Positions 48,191 to 59,826 of a stretch of 64,000 nt of DNA are shown piece after piece. Origin of the DNA: Hemiscyllium ocellatum (lineage: Eukaryota); the NCBI RefSeq assembly GCF_020745735.1, contig NC_083448.1, forward strand, positions 6,260,006-6,324,005, in the 5' to 3' direction. A program made the translations under genes and the position numbers. The notes below the pieces were generated by a model. That model was given only the letters and a program-made list of their open reading frames with translations, ran no database searches and was not told the DNA's origin. How positions within the stretch are numbered: position 1 is the first letter of the stretch; each line of letters begins with the position of its first letter.

Positions 48191-51100
48191 CTGGAAAGAT
48201 GAGAAAGAGTAAGAACAGCCACACGTACATCACACACGAGAAAAGGAAGTAAAAATGTGAAAAATGGTTGCCAATAAAGAGATGTTACCCTGGACATGCA
48301 GGCTCATTTTAAAAGCTCAAGCCCATACCTTGATTATATACTCAGCAGAATTTTAAAAAGAATTGAATCCAAAGGAAATATGCCTTACACCTTTAACGAG
48401 TGGGAGGAACAAAAATTCCAAAAAGTTAATAATCAGTAATTTCAGGACGACAAAGGAATGGTTGAAACTTGCAGACACAAAACACTAGCATTTAAAAGTT
48501 CCATATGCCATCATTGTGACATCCCAATGGAAGTAGCCATTCAAGCACGTTATAACCTAGACATTAGTGGTTACTTTCATGTGAAGTGACAGGAAATAAA
48601 ATTGTCAGCATTCTCACTAGAGTGCATCAAGGTACTCTTTGATGCCTCATGAACAGCAATCCTACATGTCTCGACACCATCCTCCACTCGTGAGATTTAC
48701 AGCCTTGCCATCTTGCCTGACCACACCCACCCCCCCATCCTCATTTATCTCCACTTCCCATTGCCCTCAGCCGTCACTGCTCATTTCTCTTCCAACTGTA
48801 CTGAGTTATAGATCTGGCCTGGTTTCCACAATACACTGTTGTACTTTTTAAAACTCCTATTCTCTAACCTTGAGCCCTCTGTTTGCCACAGCACTTCTGT
48901 AGTTGTTGATCACCTCAACAAACCCCCTTTAGCACTAACTCACTCCTCAAAACTTGGTAATTCCCATGGTAGCCCATGTCCTCATTCTGTGATAACCATG
49001 GGCACAGACTGCAGTATATAAACAAATTGTGGAGTGGATGAAGTACAATCTTCTGCCCAATTGCCTCCTGCTTCATTCTCTCAGTAAACCTGGTTTTCCC
49101 TGTACACTGACCTCCAACAGTGAGCTACTTGTCACCAAGAGGGAGACTACGGTTATTTGCTTCTGCCACATCTCTCCCTTCCTCAAATAGTCTTGAACTC
49201 TGATCTAACTCTAGTTTCAATCCTACATGCTCTCATACCCCTTGAACTCAGCTTCCCATGCAACCCATTTCTTCTCTTCTACAAAATCAACCACCCAATA
49301 TCTTTTGCCGATTTCCATTTCAGTTAATATTGGAAACCATTCTCTCATTTGTCTTCACTTTCCATCATAGATCCTCTGTCTTTGTAAACTATTACCACAT
49401 CTATAACCATTAATAAAGCTTGATAGCATTTCTCTAGCATTTTGCTTTAATTATTTTGCATTCTATTAACGCTGACTTTGCAAACCCTGAACTTTGCTGT
49501 TACAAATCAATCCACTACTTCCTCAACCTTCCACAGCTTTGCTTCACTTTATCTTCCACTTGATCTGTGCTATTTTCACTGAATGCTTTGCTGGCTGCCG
49601 TCCCAGATTCCACCCTCGATAAATTCAAGCGCATCCAACACTCACTGCGTCTCTTCTAATTTGTACTAATTCATGTTCACACAGTGCCTTGCTGAATTAC
49701 ATTAATTTCTGGGCTGTTGACTTTAAACCCCAAGCCCTTCACTCAACCACCACTGGGTCTATACAGAACAACCTCGATTATCCAAATGAGAAGGACACTT
49801 AGTATTTTGTTCAGATAATGGACTGCGTTTTTGTGGGACCTTGCGATTGGATAATTGATGTTCAGATCATCGATCTTGCCCTGCAATTGCCTGCTTTAAC
49901 GTCAAATTTTCTCTCAACCTGCACCATCTAATATCTTGGATCTTGAGACATTTTCCTGCCCAGAGAAAAGCTGCTCTTTAAAGCCTCAGCCTTTTGTTTC
50001 AACTACTGCATGGCAGTCAGCTGGTCGGTTTTGTCAACAAGAAAAATGTCTATTTGAAGAAACAAGGCTTCAAAAGATCCCACTTGGTGTTTTCACTCAC
50101 TCACCTCGTTATTTTTCAACTTACTCTGTGCAAAATTGACATAACTGGCGCAAACGTTTGTGTAAATTTAATGCGCAAATCATATGTTAGAAGTAGTTGC
50201 AGGAAGCTTTTCTGCAAATACAATATGACACGAGCAGCATTCGTCAATCGCCGTTTGCTGTCTGTCAATTGCAGGCAAGTTGAACGAGGTCCTTTGGACA
50301 CAGGTACACCAACAAGAACTTTATCAACTTTAAAAGTATATTTGAGAGCTACAAAACTGACTGCTGTACCAGAATATAACCATGAAATGGATCTGCATAA
50401 AGCTTTGAATACATTCAGGTCATTAAACATTGGAGGAGGTACATGAGGTGGAGTGACGACTGTAATGTTCAAACAGCACCTGATTAACACCATGAAATAC
50501 TGAAAGGAAAAAAAGTTTTCAGATTACAACTGCACAGCACAAAATGGATCCCACTACATTGTTACTCATCTCAAGGTTATTTTGAAGTCATGATTCCCAA
50601 ACTATTGATCACAATATGTGAATGAAAAGAATCGATAAAGCCTCAAGTTTCTGATGTTTATTGAGTAACTTGCTTGACTGTACATGAATCCAACAGGGAT
50701 CAAAGGTGAATATATCCATTTCTCCAGGTGGCAAAGATTCTGCTTTTTTTTTAAAAGAAAGGTGAAGGAAAATTTCTGCATTTAATGCACTGGACTATAT
50801 TTTAAAATACTGTTGTTCAGGGGAGTATTTTGACAATTATACACAACAGCAGTCCTCTGTATCTAATTTAAACATCCTTGTTTTATTTTATTAAGCAGCA
50901 ATCTACTTGTAGATTGTCAGAGAGCAAAAGGTCTGTATTATTGGACCTGGAGCACTTCCATTGTGGTTGGGCTCAGCAATTTGCCTTGTTCAAAGTCAGA
51001 AATTTGACTAAAGTGAGCCATGGCAAGTTCATGGCAGTAATATGAGCTCTAGGGTCTGCTGATGTTCGCTAGTCATTAGAACCACGATTAAATTACCACC

Positions 51101-53583
51101 ATCCAATGCTATTTTTAACTTGTCTGATCTCAGGAAGGTGGATTACTGGCTGCAATATCATCCCACTGTTTACTCATTTGCTTTCCTCTTTTTCTCTTCA
51201 ATTTGCTACCATGCTCTCCTATGGAAACCACACACTGCAGCCATGAATCGGCATCTGGTACCTTACGAAAGGGAGCAGAAGCACAATATCTTGACAAAAG
51301 GATGCATCAGAACAAAGCCAGAAACCCATACAAAGGCATTTCCAGCATAGCTAGCTCAGTAGGAAGTTGGAATAAGACCTCTGATGGGCTTCTTTACCCC
51401 CCATCCAAGAATGCCAAGATCAGTCCAATCCCTCCGCTAACATCCACGTTTCGATCATGTAAGAAATAGGAGCAGGAGTAGGTCACTCTGAGCCAGCAGC
51501 TCTATTTCAAAAGATCATGACTGAATTTCTAGCTGATCTCCCATCCCTTGCTTTCCTTAGATTTATCAGGCTCGAGTAGAGAATACATTCACTGACTGGA
51601 CAATCACCCATCGTAGGAATTCCAGAGATCCAAATCCTCTGAAATTAAGAAATTCTCATCCAAGTCCAAGATGGCTGATGTTTTAAGTATCAGATTGTGA
51701 TATCTACAACCAAGAGAAACACGTTCTCAGCATCACTCCTAAGGCTTCCTCAGCACTGAAACGTACGACACTATCTTCTCTCATTCTTTTAGATTCCAGA
51801 GAATATAAAGTCTATTCTGCTCCTTTTGTCTCAGCAGTCTCGGAGGGTCAAAGGATGATTCGCTACCACTTGGGTTTGATTATGCATTGGACTTACCAGC
51901 CATATCAAATTCAATCTGCAACCTCCACCACTTAAAAACAGTGGTTACCAGAGCAGACCAGATTTTGGGGCTAGTAATTCTAACTCCCCAAAGCTTATCC
52001 ACCATCTTTCTAATTTTCGTGAAATACTCTTAAATGTCCTTGAGTGAAGCTCCAGCAATACTGAAGAAGATGAACATCATGAAAAATAACACCACTGGCT
52101 GCATGAGCACTCCAACTATGACCTTCAATATTCACTTCTGCCACCACTGTTGCACTGGATCTGCAGTGTACACTATCCACATCAAACTATAAGACTTGTT
52201 CAGCAGCAACCACAACCGGCACTCTCCATCCACTGTGTAGGAAAGAAAAAGGCAGTACGTGCCGGGGAACACCAAAACCTTTACACGTTCACACAATCCC
52301 AACACGACACTGAATTCAAGTGGCAAAGACTTTTACTTTACACAGATGTAGAAATTATATTAAAAACTGAGAATTTTATAAATGTGACTCGGCTGCAATA
52401 GTCCATGACATTCATTACAAATTAGAACATGGTGTGTGAGAAAATCTTTGATGGGAAGCCTAAATCACAGGTCAAACATCTGAAAGTGGACATTGGGTGT
52501 GGACAACACAGAAGCAATTGCTCATGTACATGAATTACAGAAACCTGCAGGAGTTAGTAAGCTGTGCAATTCAATTACGCAAAAGTGGAAATGTACTTCA
52601 AATGAGTTTGGCTCCCAGCCCAGCATGTGTTCACTGTTCTGACACCATGGAAGTTTACAGAAATGCTGAAGTTAAAAATCCACCTTGTCCGCAGGGCAAC
52701 TTTATACCATTACATGCAGGATGTACTGAGTAGGAACAGGGCTCATTTGGGGCACGCTTTAATTTAAGGTTAAGGAAATGTCAAACTTCAAAATCCTCTG
52801 AGGAAGAAACTGTTTTTCAAACAGACTATTTGCTTTCTAAACTCAAACAAAAATGGAAGCTGGAAAAAAAGTCATTTGCAACTTAGCTTTCAAAGATAGT
52901 TGTATCACTAAAATGACAAAATCACATCACACTACAAGTAACATAAAATAATAGAACTGAGTGATGTTTGTGACAAATTTAATTTTATACATCCAAGACA
53001 GCACAAAGGAGGCCTTTCAGCCGACTTTACCAGCTCTCTACTTGAAACAGCGATCTAATTATTTCCTTCTCCAGTATATATTCTTTGTCTCTCCTTTGGA
53101 AAGAAGTGGGATTCCAGATCACAAAATTACTTTGTAAATGGATCCTCCAAATCTGACTGCTGGTCCTTTCACTAATTGTCTTCAATCTGTGTCCTCTGGT
53201 TACTGATCCTCTTGCCAGTGGAAACAGTTTCTCGCTATTCACCCTCAGTAAAGTCCCCACATGTAGTACCTCACATCTCCCTTTAACCTTTTCTCAGAGA
53301 TAACAATCCTGGATGTTCGTGTTTCCCCACAAACTGCAAGATATGGCAGTAGTGCGGTGTCAAGAATTGACCACAATAGTTCTGACCGAAGTCAAAACTA
53401 CCTCGTAAAGGTTTACCACAACTTTCTAGCTTTCGTACGTTGCAAACAGAAAACTGTTTTGTATTTGCAAAGCAGTGCTTTAGTATCAGTCAACCTGGGT
53501 CTCCTGGGCTTAGATATTTTGTAAGATTCACTGGTTTAAAAACAAAACTTGTTTGCTTTTGTACTCTGCTGCAATTACTAAAA

Positions 53584-53796
53584 GCTGAAAATGTGTTGCT
53601 GGAAAAGCGCAGCAGGTCAGGCAGCATCCAAGGAACAGGAAATTCGACGTTTCGGGCATAAGCCCTTCTTCAGGAATGAAGGGCTTATGTCTGAAATGAC
53701 AAATTTCCTATTCCTTGGATGCTGCCTGACCTGCTGCACTTTTCGAGCAACACATTTTCAGCTGTGATCTCCAGCATCTGCAGACCTCACTTTCTC
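53584..53796. mobile_element. Palindromic Penelope-derived element with 15-bp TSD
   Basis: Inverted arms. Flanks are CTGCAATTACTAAAA (53569-53583) and CTGCAATTAATAAAA (53797-53811). Confidence 0.85.
53642..53677 (-). ncRNA. Minimal type-I hammerhead ribozyme motif
   Basis: AUUC-CUGAAGA-A-GGGC(UUAU)GCCC-GAAA-CGUC-GAAU has a 4-bp stem I, a 4-bp stem II, a palindromic ACGU stem III and a GUC cleavage triplet. Confidence 0.65.
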
Positions 53797-54094
53797 CTGC
53801 AATTAATAAAACCCAGGAACTTGTTACAGCCTCATGAATTAGTGGCCCAAACCTTAAAAGGACGGTGATCCACGTTTGGTTCTTTCTGGCCTCTCGCCTG
53901 TCCCTGACTTTTAAGTGTTCCACAACTGGCAGAAAAGCTTGTATCCCTCTTAGATTTCGCCAAAATGTTCTATTCTTTAAACTCACTCTCAAAGATCTTT
54001 CTCTTTGGCCCAGCTTCTTTTGCCATTTATTTCCGAGGTCACCTTACATGGCTTAATAGTGCTTTTTTGAGTCAACGTTTCAACTCCGGAGTCT

Positions 54095-54475
54095 AGGGCT
54101 ATTTTACCTGCAGCATTGGAGGCTGTGGGGTGACCTTAGAGGTTTATAAAATCATGAGGGGTATGGGTAAGATGAATAGCCAAGGTCTTTTCCCTAGGGT
54201 GGGAGTCCAAAAGTAGACAGCATAGGTTTAAAGTGAAAGGGGAAAGTTTAAAGAGGCGACCTTTTCACGCAGAGGGTGGTGTGGGCTATGAGAGGAAATG
54301 ATGCAGATTGAGACAATTGTAACATTTCAAAGGCATCTGGCTGGGTACATGAATAGGAAGGGCTTAGAGGGAAAAAGCTGGCAAATGGGACCAGATTAAT
54401 TGAGGATATTTGGTGGCATGGATGGGTTGGCCCAAAGGGTGATTTTTTTTTATGCTGTACTGCTGTATGACTTCT
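54095..54475 (+). mobile_element. CR1 LINE 3' fragment
   Basis: ggggtgaccttagaggtttataaaatcatgagggg...ctgtatgact, as in the copies at 7523-8352. Confidence 0.8.
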
Positions 54476-54658
54476 GTGAAGTCCTTGGAATCAGAATGTA
54501 ATAAATAGCAGGAGAAGGCTATTCACTCCTCAAGCCTGCCCCCACCATTCTCTCAGTCCATGACTCTGGCTGATCTGATCAGGCCTCAGCCTTTGTGTCA
54601 ACTCCTCATTGCTCTCAACCTACCTACATTTCAAAAACCTGCCTATCTCTCTCTTTAA

Positions 54659-54728
54659 AGGAGAAAGTGAGGACTGCAGATGCTGGAGATCAGAGCTGAA
54701 AATGTGTTGCTGGAAAAGCGCAGCTTTT
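54659..54728 (+). mobile_element. Truncated terminal fragment of the palindromic Penelope-derived family
   Basis: aggagaaagtgaggactgcagatgctggagatcagagctgaaaatgtgttgctggaaaagcgcagc. Confidence 0.75.
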
Positions 54729-55299
54729 CTATCTCTTTTAGTACTTTAAGCTTCCACAGGAAGGGGGGGGGGGGAAGAGGAGAAAATCACAGACTTATCC
54801 TTTCAGGGAAGGAAACATTCTCTCTCCCCTCGGCTTTAAATCAGTGTCCCCCTGACTCTCAGTATGTCAGCGAGTCCCTCAACAGTGGGAACATCATCTC
54901 AACATCCACCCTTCAGAGGCACGTATATTTCAGAACGTTTGACTGGGCTGAAAGGTGCTATAGAAATGCAAGTGGTAATTGCAGCACCCACAGTTTTGCA
55001 AGTGTCAACTTTCAGCTCGCGTTTTTAAAAATCAACTTTGTGGCATCCATCTGGAGAGTGGGTTAATTGCTGCTGTTAATCCCCCCCTCAAACAACACAG
55101 GACCCAGAAGGGGGCAAACTTTGGACAAAGGGGAAGGATCAGGAGATGTCGACAGCCTTGATCGTTCTCTTTCTTCCTCCCCTCCCCATCCTCCTCCTTT
55201 ACCAGTCGCGGCCTAGCGCCATGGCCGAAGCCTCGGACTTTCTTGGAGCGAGATGGCCGGCACTTCTCCCCCCTCCCCCCCCCGGGTCGCAGGCCATAC

Positions 55300-55383
55300 C
55301 TCGGCTTGCAGCTCCATCCGCGACGGCCCGACGGGAAAAGCCGGGGAGATGAAGAGGAGGAAACCGACGATCATCTTCGCCAT
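55300..55383 (-). CDS. WBP1: WBP1 exon 1 (signal-peptide-like)
   Basis: MAKMIVGFLLFISPAFPVGPSRMELQAE, with Kozak AACATGG and phase-0 donor GAG|GTATGG matching exon 2. It lies in a CpG island; total CDS is 987 bp. Confidence 0.85.
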
Positions 55384-55513
55384 GTTCCGAAGCCGCCGCC
55401 GCCGCCGCCGGTGCTCATTGAGATTCCGTTCAAATTTCCGCCCGAGCCTTCCACCGCACCGCCGGCCATGGGCCCGCCCAAAGGTGGCTGGCACGGCCCG
55501 CTACCCGCGTCCC

Positions 55514-55959
55514 ATTGGATCATGGCGCTGTCAGTCAGGACAGCCTCCGCCCTGATAGGTCGGTGCATTCCCCAACTTGCCAACCGATTGGTGCCTCCAC
55601 TGTCAATTTGGTACAGCGCCTACGCCGGTATGTCCGCATGTTCCACATTCCGTCTGACCATTGGTTGTTGTCGCTGTCAATCAGGAATTGTTTGCCAGAC
55701 TATTGGTTCGGATGACAGTCCATCAATGTAGTGCACCCGCGTTGGGCGGCGGGCATCCAATCCACCATTCTATTGGTCTAGGTGGTTGTCCATCATTGAC
55801 ATCAACACCTCATCGGACAATACCATCGACATATCGGACACCGATTGGTCTATATTGCTGTCACTGAAAGTTGCCCCCGCCTTCACAGAGCGTTCCCGGT
55901 CCTGGTTGGCTAATTCCCAGGGTGTGTGGTGCCCAATTGGTCTAATTTCATGCCAATCA
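55514..55959 (-). promoter_or_regulatory. WBP1: WBP1 promoter: array of seven CCAAT boxes each paired with a TGATTGACAG-like decamer
   Basis: ATTGG on plus at 55514, 55587, 55660, 55702, 55772, 55844 and 55936, each followed after 9 bp (one 8 bp) by a CTGTCAATCA-like decamer. Confidence 0.75.
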
Positions 55960-56198
55960 TTCGGCGGTTGTTCCCACACCTGGGCTTGAGGTGTCCGGCA
56001 ATTTAACGGCTCCGGTTCGGGTGAAGTTTGAAAATAAACTTCAATGTAACCTTCTCTCAACATTGAATTCCAACAAAAGGATGGATCAGGAGACCTGCAA
56101 AAGTCAGTTAAAGGTCACCTGGCACTGTTTTGAAGAAGTGCTTTGAAATAACTTCACAGAGGCTGGTGCCCCATCACCAAGTCACCATTATTTACACT

Positions 56199-56632
56199 TC
56201 ATGATTTGGAGAGGCCAGCGTTGAACTGGGGTGGATAAAGTTAAAAATCACACTACACCAGCTTATAGTCCAACAGGTTTAATTGGAAGCACTAGCTTTC
56301 TGAGCACTGCTGCTTCATCAAGTACTTCAACATATTATCTGGGCTGACACCAATTGTTAAAGTTAACCTGAGAATGTAACTTTTTTACAAAAAAAGTTTG
56401 TGATTTACATATGAAAGAAGTGAAACTAACATGGTCATTCTAACAGAGGAGAGACTTAACAAACAAAGTATTTTTCAATGTAATATTTCAGTTACAGCAC
56501 ACTGTAAACTTTTGCTACAAATTACACTTGTGTACTCCATAACCACCTGATGAAGGAGCAGCGCTAGGGAAGCTAATGCTTCCAGTTAAACCTGCTGGAC
56601 TATAACCTGGTGTTGTGTGATTTTTAACTTTA
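56199..56632. mobile_element. Fold-back Penelope-derived element (second family)
   Basis: Inverted arms aaagttaaaaatcacactacaccagcttatagtccaacaggtttaattggaagc / gcttccagttaaacctgctggactataacctggtgttgtgtgatttttaacttt, with decayed CTGATGAAGGAGC motifs. Same family as 33297-33382. Confidence 0.75.
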
Positions 56633-56780
56633 TTTACACTAACATTGTACTTGATATAGAGTCACAGAGATGTACAGCACGGAAACAGACCGTTTGGTCC
56701 AACTCCTCCATGCCGAACAGATATGACCTACTGTGCTTTTCCAGCACCACTCTAATCTTGACGCTATACAATGTTAAGGT

Positions 56781-56990
56781 CTGAAAATATGTTGCTGGAA
56801 AAGCGCAGCAGGTCAGGCAGCATCCAAGGAGCAGGAGAGTCGACGTTTCGGCATGAGCCCTTCCTGAAGAAGGGCTTTTGCCCGAAACGTCGACTCTCCT
56901 GCTCCTTGGATGCTGCCTGACCTGCTGCGCTTTTCCGGCAACATATTTTCAGCTCTGATCTCCAGCATCTGCAGTCCTCACTTTTTCCTA
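56781..56990. mobile_element. Young palindromic Penelope-derived element with hammerhead core (56864-56891) and 11-bp TSD-like flanks
   Basis: Near-perfect arms and CTGAAGAAGGGCTTTTGCCCGAAACGTC. Flanks are CTATACAATGT (56764-56774) and CTATACATTGT (56995-57005). Confidence 0.85.
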
Positions 56991-57379
56991 GAACCTATAC
57001 ATTGTCAGTGAGTCACGATCTAACTGCAGGTTATTATAGATTGGCCACTATTGAAAGTATTTTTCAAACCCCCTTCTATCATTATGATTGGGAAAAACTA
57101 AATGGAATTTGGATAAAGATGTCATAAACGCCGGAAAGGACACAACAAGATACAATTCTTACATGTCACGTTGTCTGATATGATCAAGACAAAACAACAT
57201 TGATGTGAAAACAGAAAATGCTCAGTAGGTTTGGCAGCAACTGTGGTGGGAAAAGAGTGGCTGTATCAATTCAGATATGGCTTTTTTTTTCCAGAACTAA
57301 AGTGGAGGGAATGAATGGAGGGAAAGTGGTGGTATTTATGTTGTTGATGGAGGAGGAGCGAGTGGTAGAGATGGTGTAA

Positions 57380-57800
57380 ATAGGTGGAGCACCGTTTGCG
57401 AAGGGGAAGCATTGTTCAAGCTTGGTGGTGCGCCCGGACCATCTTGCTGGTTGCTCAGAAAATGGCGGCGCACTGTTGACGGGAAGCGGCGCGACTGAAT
57501 GGCCCAAGCGTTGGAGTCGAGCCGCCGTTTGAAGGCGGGATTTTGATTTTATTTTATTTTGTTTCATTGATTTGTCTGGGACACCGCTCGCGGCGGTGAT
57601 TTGGAGGTGTTGGGCCGGGGCGGTGACATCCTGGTCGCTCGGGTCGCGGAGGTGGGTGCACTCTGCGCATGCGCCGAGCTGGCTCCTCCCCCACCCCTCC
57701 GAACGCCAGGTGTGGTTGTGTTACCTGTGCCTTGGGGCTGCAGCAGGAAGGATGCACCAAACCAACAGACTGCAAGGTCGTGGCTTGGGTACCCTCGGAG
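57380..57800 (+). promoter_or_regulatory. CpG-island promoter / non-coding exon 1 of the ATAD1-family gene
   Basis: YY1 motif AAAATGGCGGC (57459-57469), NRF1 motif TGCGCATGCGC (57664-57674) and candidate donor GAG|GTGGGT at 57652. Confidence 0.65.
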
Positions 57801-58919
57801 GCAGAGTCTGAATTCTTCCCCAACCCCAATAATCCATCAATAAACCCCCCAAACTCTCCCTCCCCCACTATCAACAATCTTGGGAGGAATAACCATTCAC
57901 CATGATTATTGTGCGGTCTCCACTTATTGCAATATACAGCAATAAGAGCTGCCTTCATCGAACGACACAGGATTCTTCAGAGAAGTTCACCGAACAAGTA
58001 CAGATCTCAGACTTGTGCTTGAGCACTGTGCAGCCTTCAGGATTCAATATTGACCTCAATAGCTGAACACCACCTTCTCATTCCTAAACTCATGTTCCAG
58101 GATCTGTCTTAAAATTGTTTCAGCATAACCAACCTATTTTCAAAAAATCATAAGTATTTTTTATTTTTCCTTGGTTTACATTGACCGTCCCTTTGCCTGA
58201 GTTTGTTCCTCTGTCTGGGGTTCATCTCCACCAATCTGCTGCATTTTTACCATCTTTACTAAGCAACTATTACAAAGAAGGGTCATGGGGATTGATTAAC
58301 TCTGCTTTCTCTCCACAGATGCTGCCAGACCTGCTGAGTTCCTATTATACTTTCTCTTTCTGTGATTCATGAAGTCCTTGATAGGGTCAATGTTGAGAAG
58401 GTATTTCCCCTTATTGGACAGTCTAGAGGGCATTATCGCAGAATAAAGGGATGCTAATTTAGCCCGAAAATGAGGGGGAATTTCTTCACACAGAAGGTTG
58501 AGAGTCCTCTGAACTCCTGGTCAGAGAGCTGTGGGAACAGGATGTAAATTAAAAACTAAGATAGGCGATTGAGCAGCAGGGAAAGTGTAGAAATGTGGGC
58601 ATGAGGAATGTTGGATTAGCCATGGTCCTATTGAATGGCAGGGTAGGCTTGCGGAGGCAAGGAGCCAACTCTAGTTGCTATTTCTTGTGAACCAGAAACT
58701 GACCTGGAAGAATCAGTTAGATACTGTGGCGATGAGAATAGTTCAGAGGCTTGAAATCTTGCAGTGATTTTCTTGTCTCCTGCCATCGTTTTGGTCTTGG
58801 GAATACCGGATGGAGTAAAACCGAATTGCTTTGTTTATTATTTGTCTGAAAGACCCTGGCAGGTTTTGATACCTGTGCTTTGATTTATTTTTTTTTTACC
58901 CATTGCAGGTTAACACAAA

Positions 58920-59096
58920 ATGAACGTGCTGAATGAAATTTCCAAGGAGACAGTGGCACGGCCACTGAGCCGGAGCGAAGTGCTGGGGATGCTCTTCCGT
59001 CTCACTTTGGTCGGTGCTGCCACATACTTTGGTATCAAATGGATGGTGGATACCATAGATCCGACACGGAGACAGAAGATGGAAAACCAGAAAAAG
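58920..59096 (+). CDS. ATAD1: ATAD1/Msp1 AAA+ dislocase (atad1a-like), first coding exon with TM anchor
   Basis: MNVLNEISKETVARPLSRSEVLGMLFRLTLVGAATYFGIKWMVDTIDPTRRQKMENQKK. Acceptor ends at 58908; donor gtatgg. Confidence 0.92.
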
Positions 59097-59404
59097 GTAT
59101 GGTCGTGAAATATGAGCCACTGTGAACTACTGGTAATCTGTGTGAAGAAACAAAATTGTTCGGGATTGTGATGAGGCGACTAGATCACAAAAGCGTATCT
59201 CAAATCCATTTGCAGTTGGTCCATCATGTCCTCATCAGAAGTGTGGTTTAATAGTTTCAATCTCCATCTTGTACGATCACCATGCCCTTCAGAGGAATGA
59301 TCTCTTTGTGATTTCTCTTAGCAATAACTTCTGAAATATTAATTTAGTGTGGCTGTTGGTTGCACTGTTGATCAAGGGAATAAAAGGTGTAGGCTGCCAT
59401 TTCA

Positions 59405-59590
59405 ACAGACATTGCTGGAAAAACATAGTATGTCTGGTAGCACCTGGGGGGAGAAAGCAGAGTTTACATCTTGATCCATCTTCAGAAGTTGACCCAAAAT
59501 GTTAACTCTGCTTTATCACCACAGATGCTGCCAGACTTGCTGTGTTTGCCCGGCAGTTTTGACTTTGGTTTCTGATTCAACCATCCGGAG
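59405..59590. mobile_element. Old palindromic Penelope-derived element
   Basis: Imperfect arms gtctggtagcacctg...gagaaagcagagtttacat / atgttaactctgcttt...cagatgctgccagac. Related half copies lie near 18170-18310, 57205-57260 and 58290-58340. Confidence 0.55.
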
Positions 59591-59724
59591 CTCTTTGTTG
59601 CCATTTCAACCCCTCCCTGTCCCTCGTTATTTCAGTAAATTTGGACACACATTGTAGAGTTTATAATGTCCACTGGTGTCATGCTTGACTGCAGCCAACA
59701 TATGTTATTTGAACTGTTCTCTAG

Positions 59725-59826
59725 GCAGCAAAGCTGATGAAACAGATTGGTGTGGAAGGGATCAAGCTGTCAGAACATGAATTGACAATAGCGTCTCATT
59801 TGGTGGATCCCAGAACACTGAAAGGG
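59725..59826 (+). CDS. ATAD1: ATAD1-family coding exon 2
   Basis: AAKLMKQIGVEGIKLSEHELTIASHLVDPRTLKG, flanked by ctag and gtgagt. Confidence 0.92.

Noticed and set aside
49994-50493. Overlapping 150-aa (+) and 125-aa (-) ORFs in WBP1 intron 1
   Set aside because: No recognisable domain or exon structure. Probably chance, or a decayed DNA-transposon remnant that I cannot classify.
55514-55959. CRISPR-like repeat-spacer array
   Set aside because: The context is eukaryotic, the repeats are short degenerate transcription-factor motifs, and there are no cas genes.
22555-56990. Palindromic elements as MITEs or pre-miRNAs
   Set aside because: They have 11-15-bp TSDs, asymmetric ends and links to GIY-YIG coding remnants, which point to Penelope retroelements rather than TIR transposons or miRNA genes.
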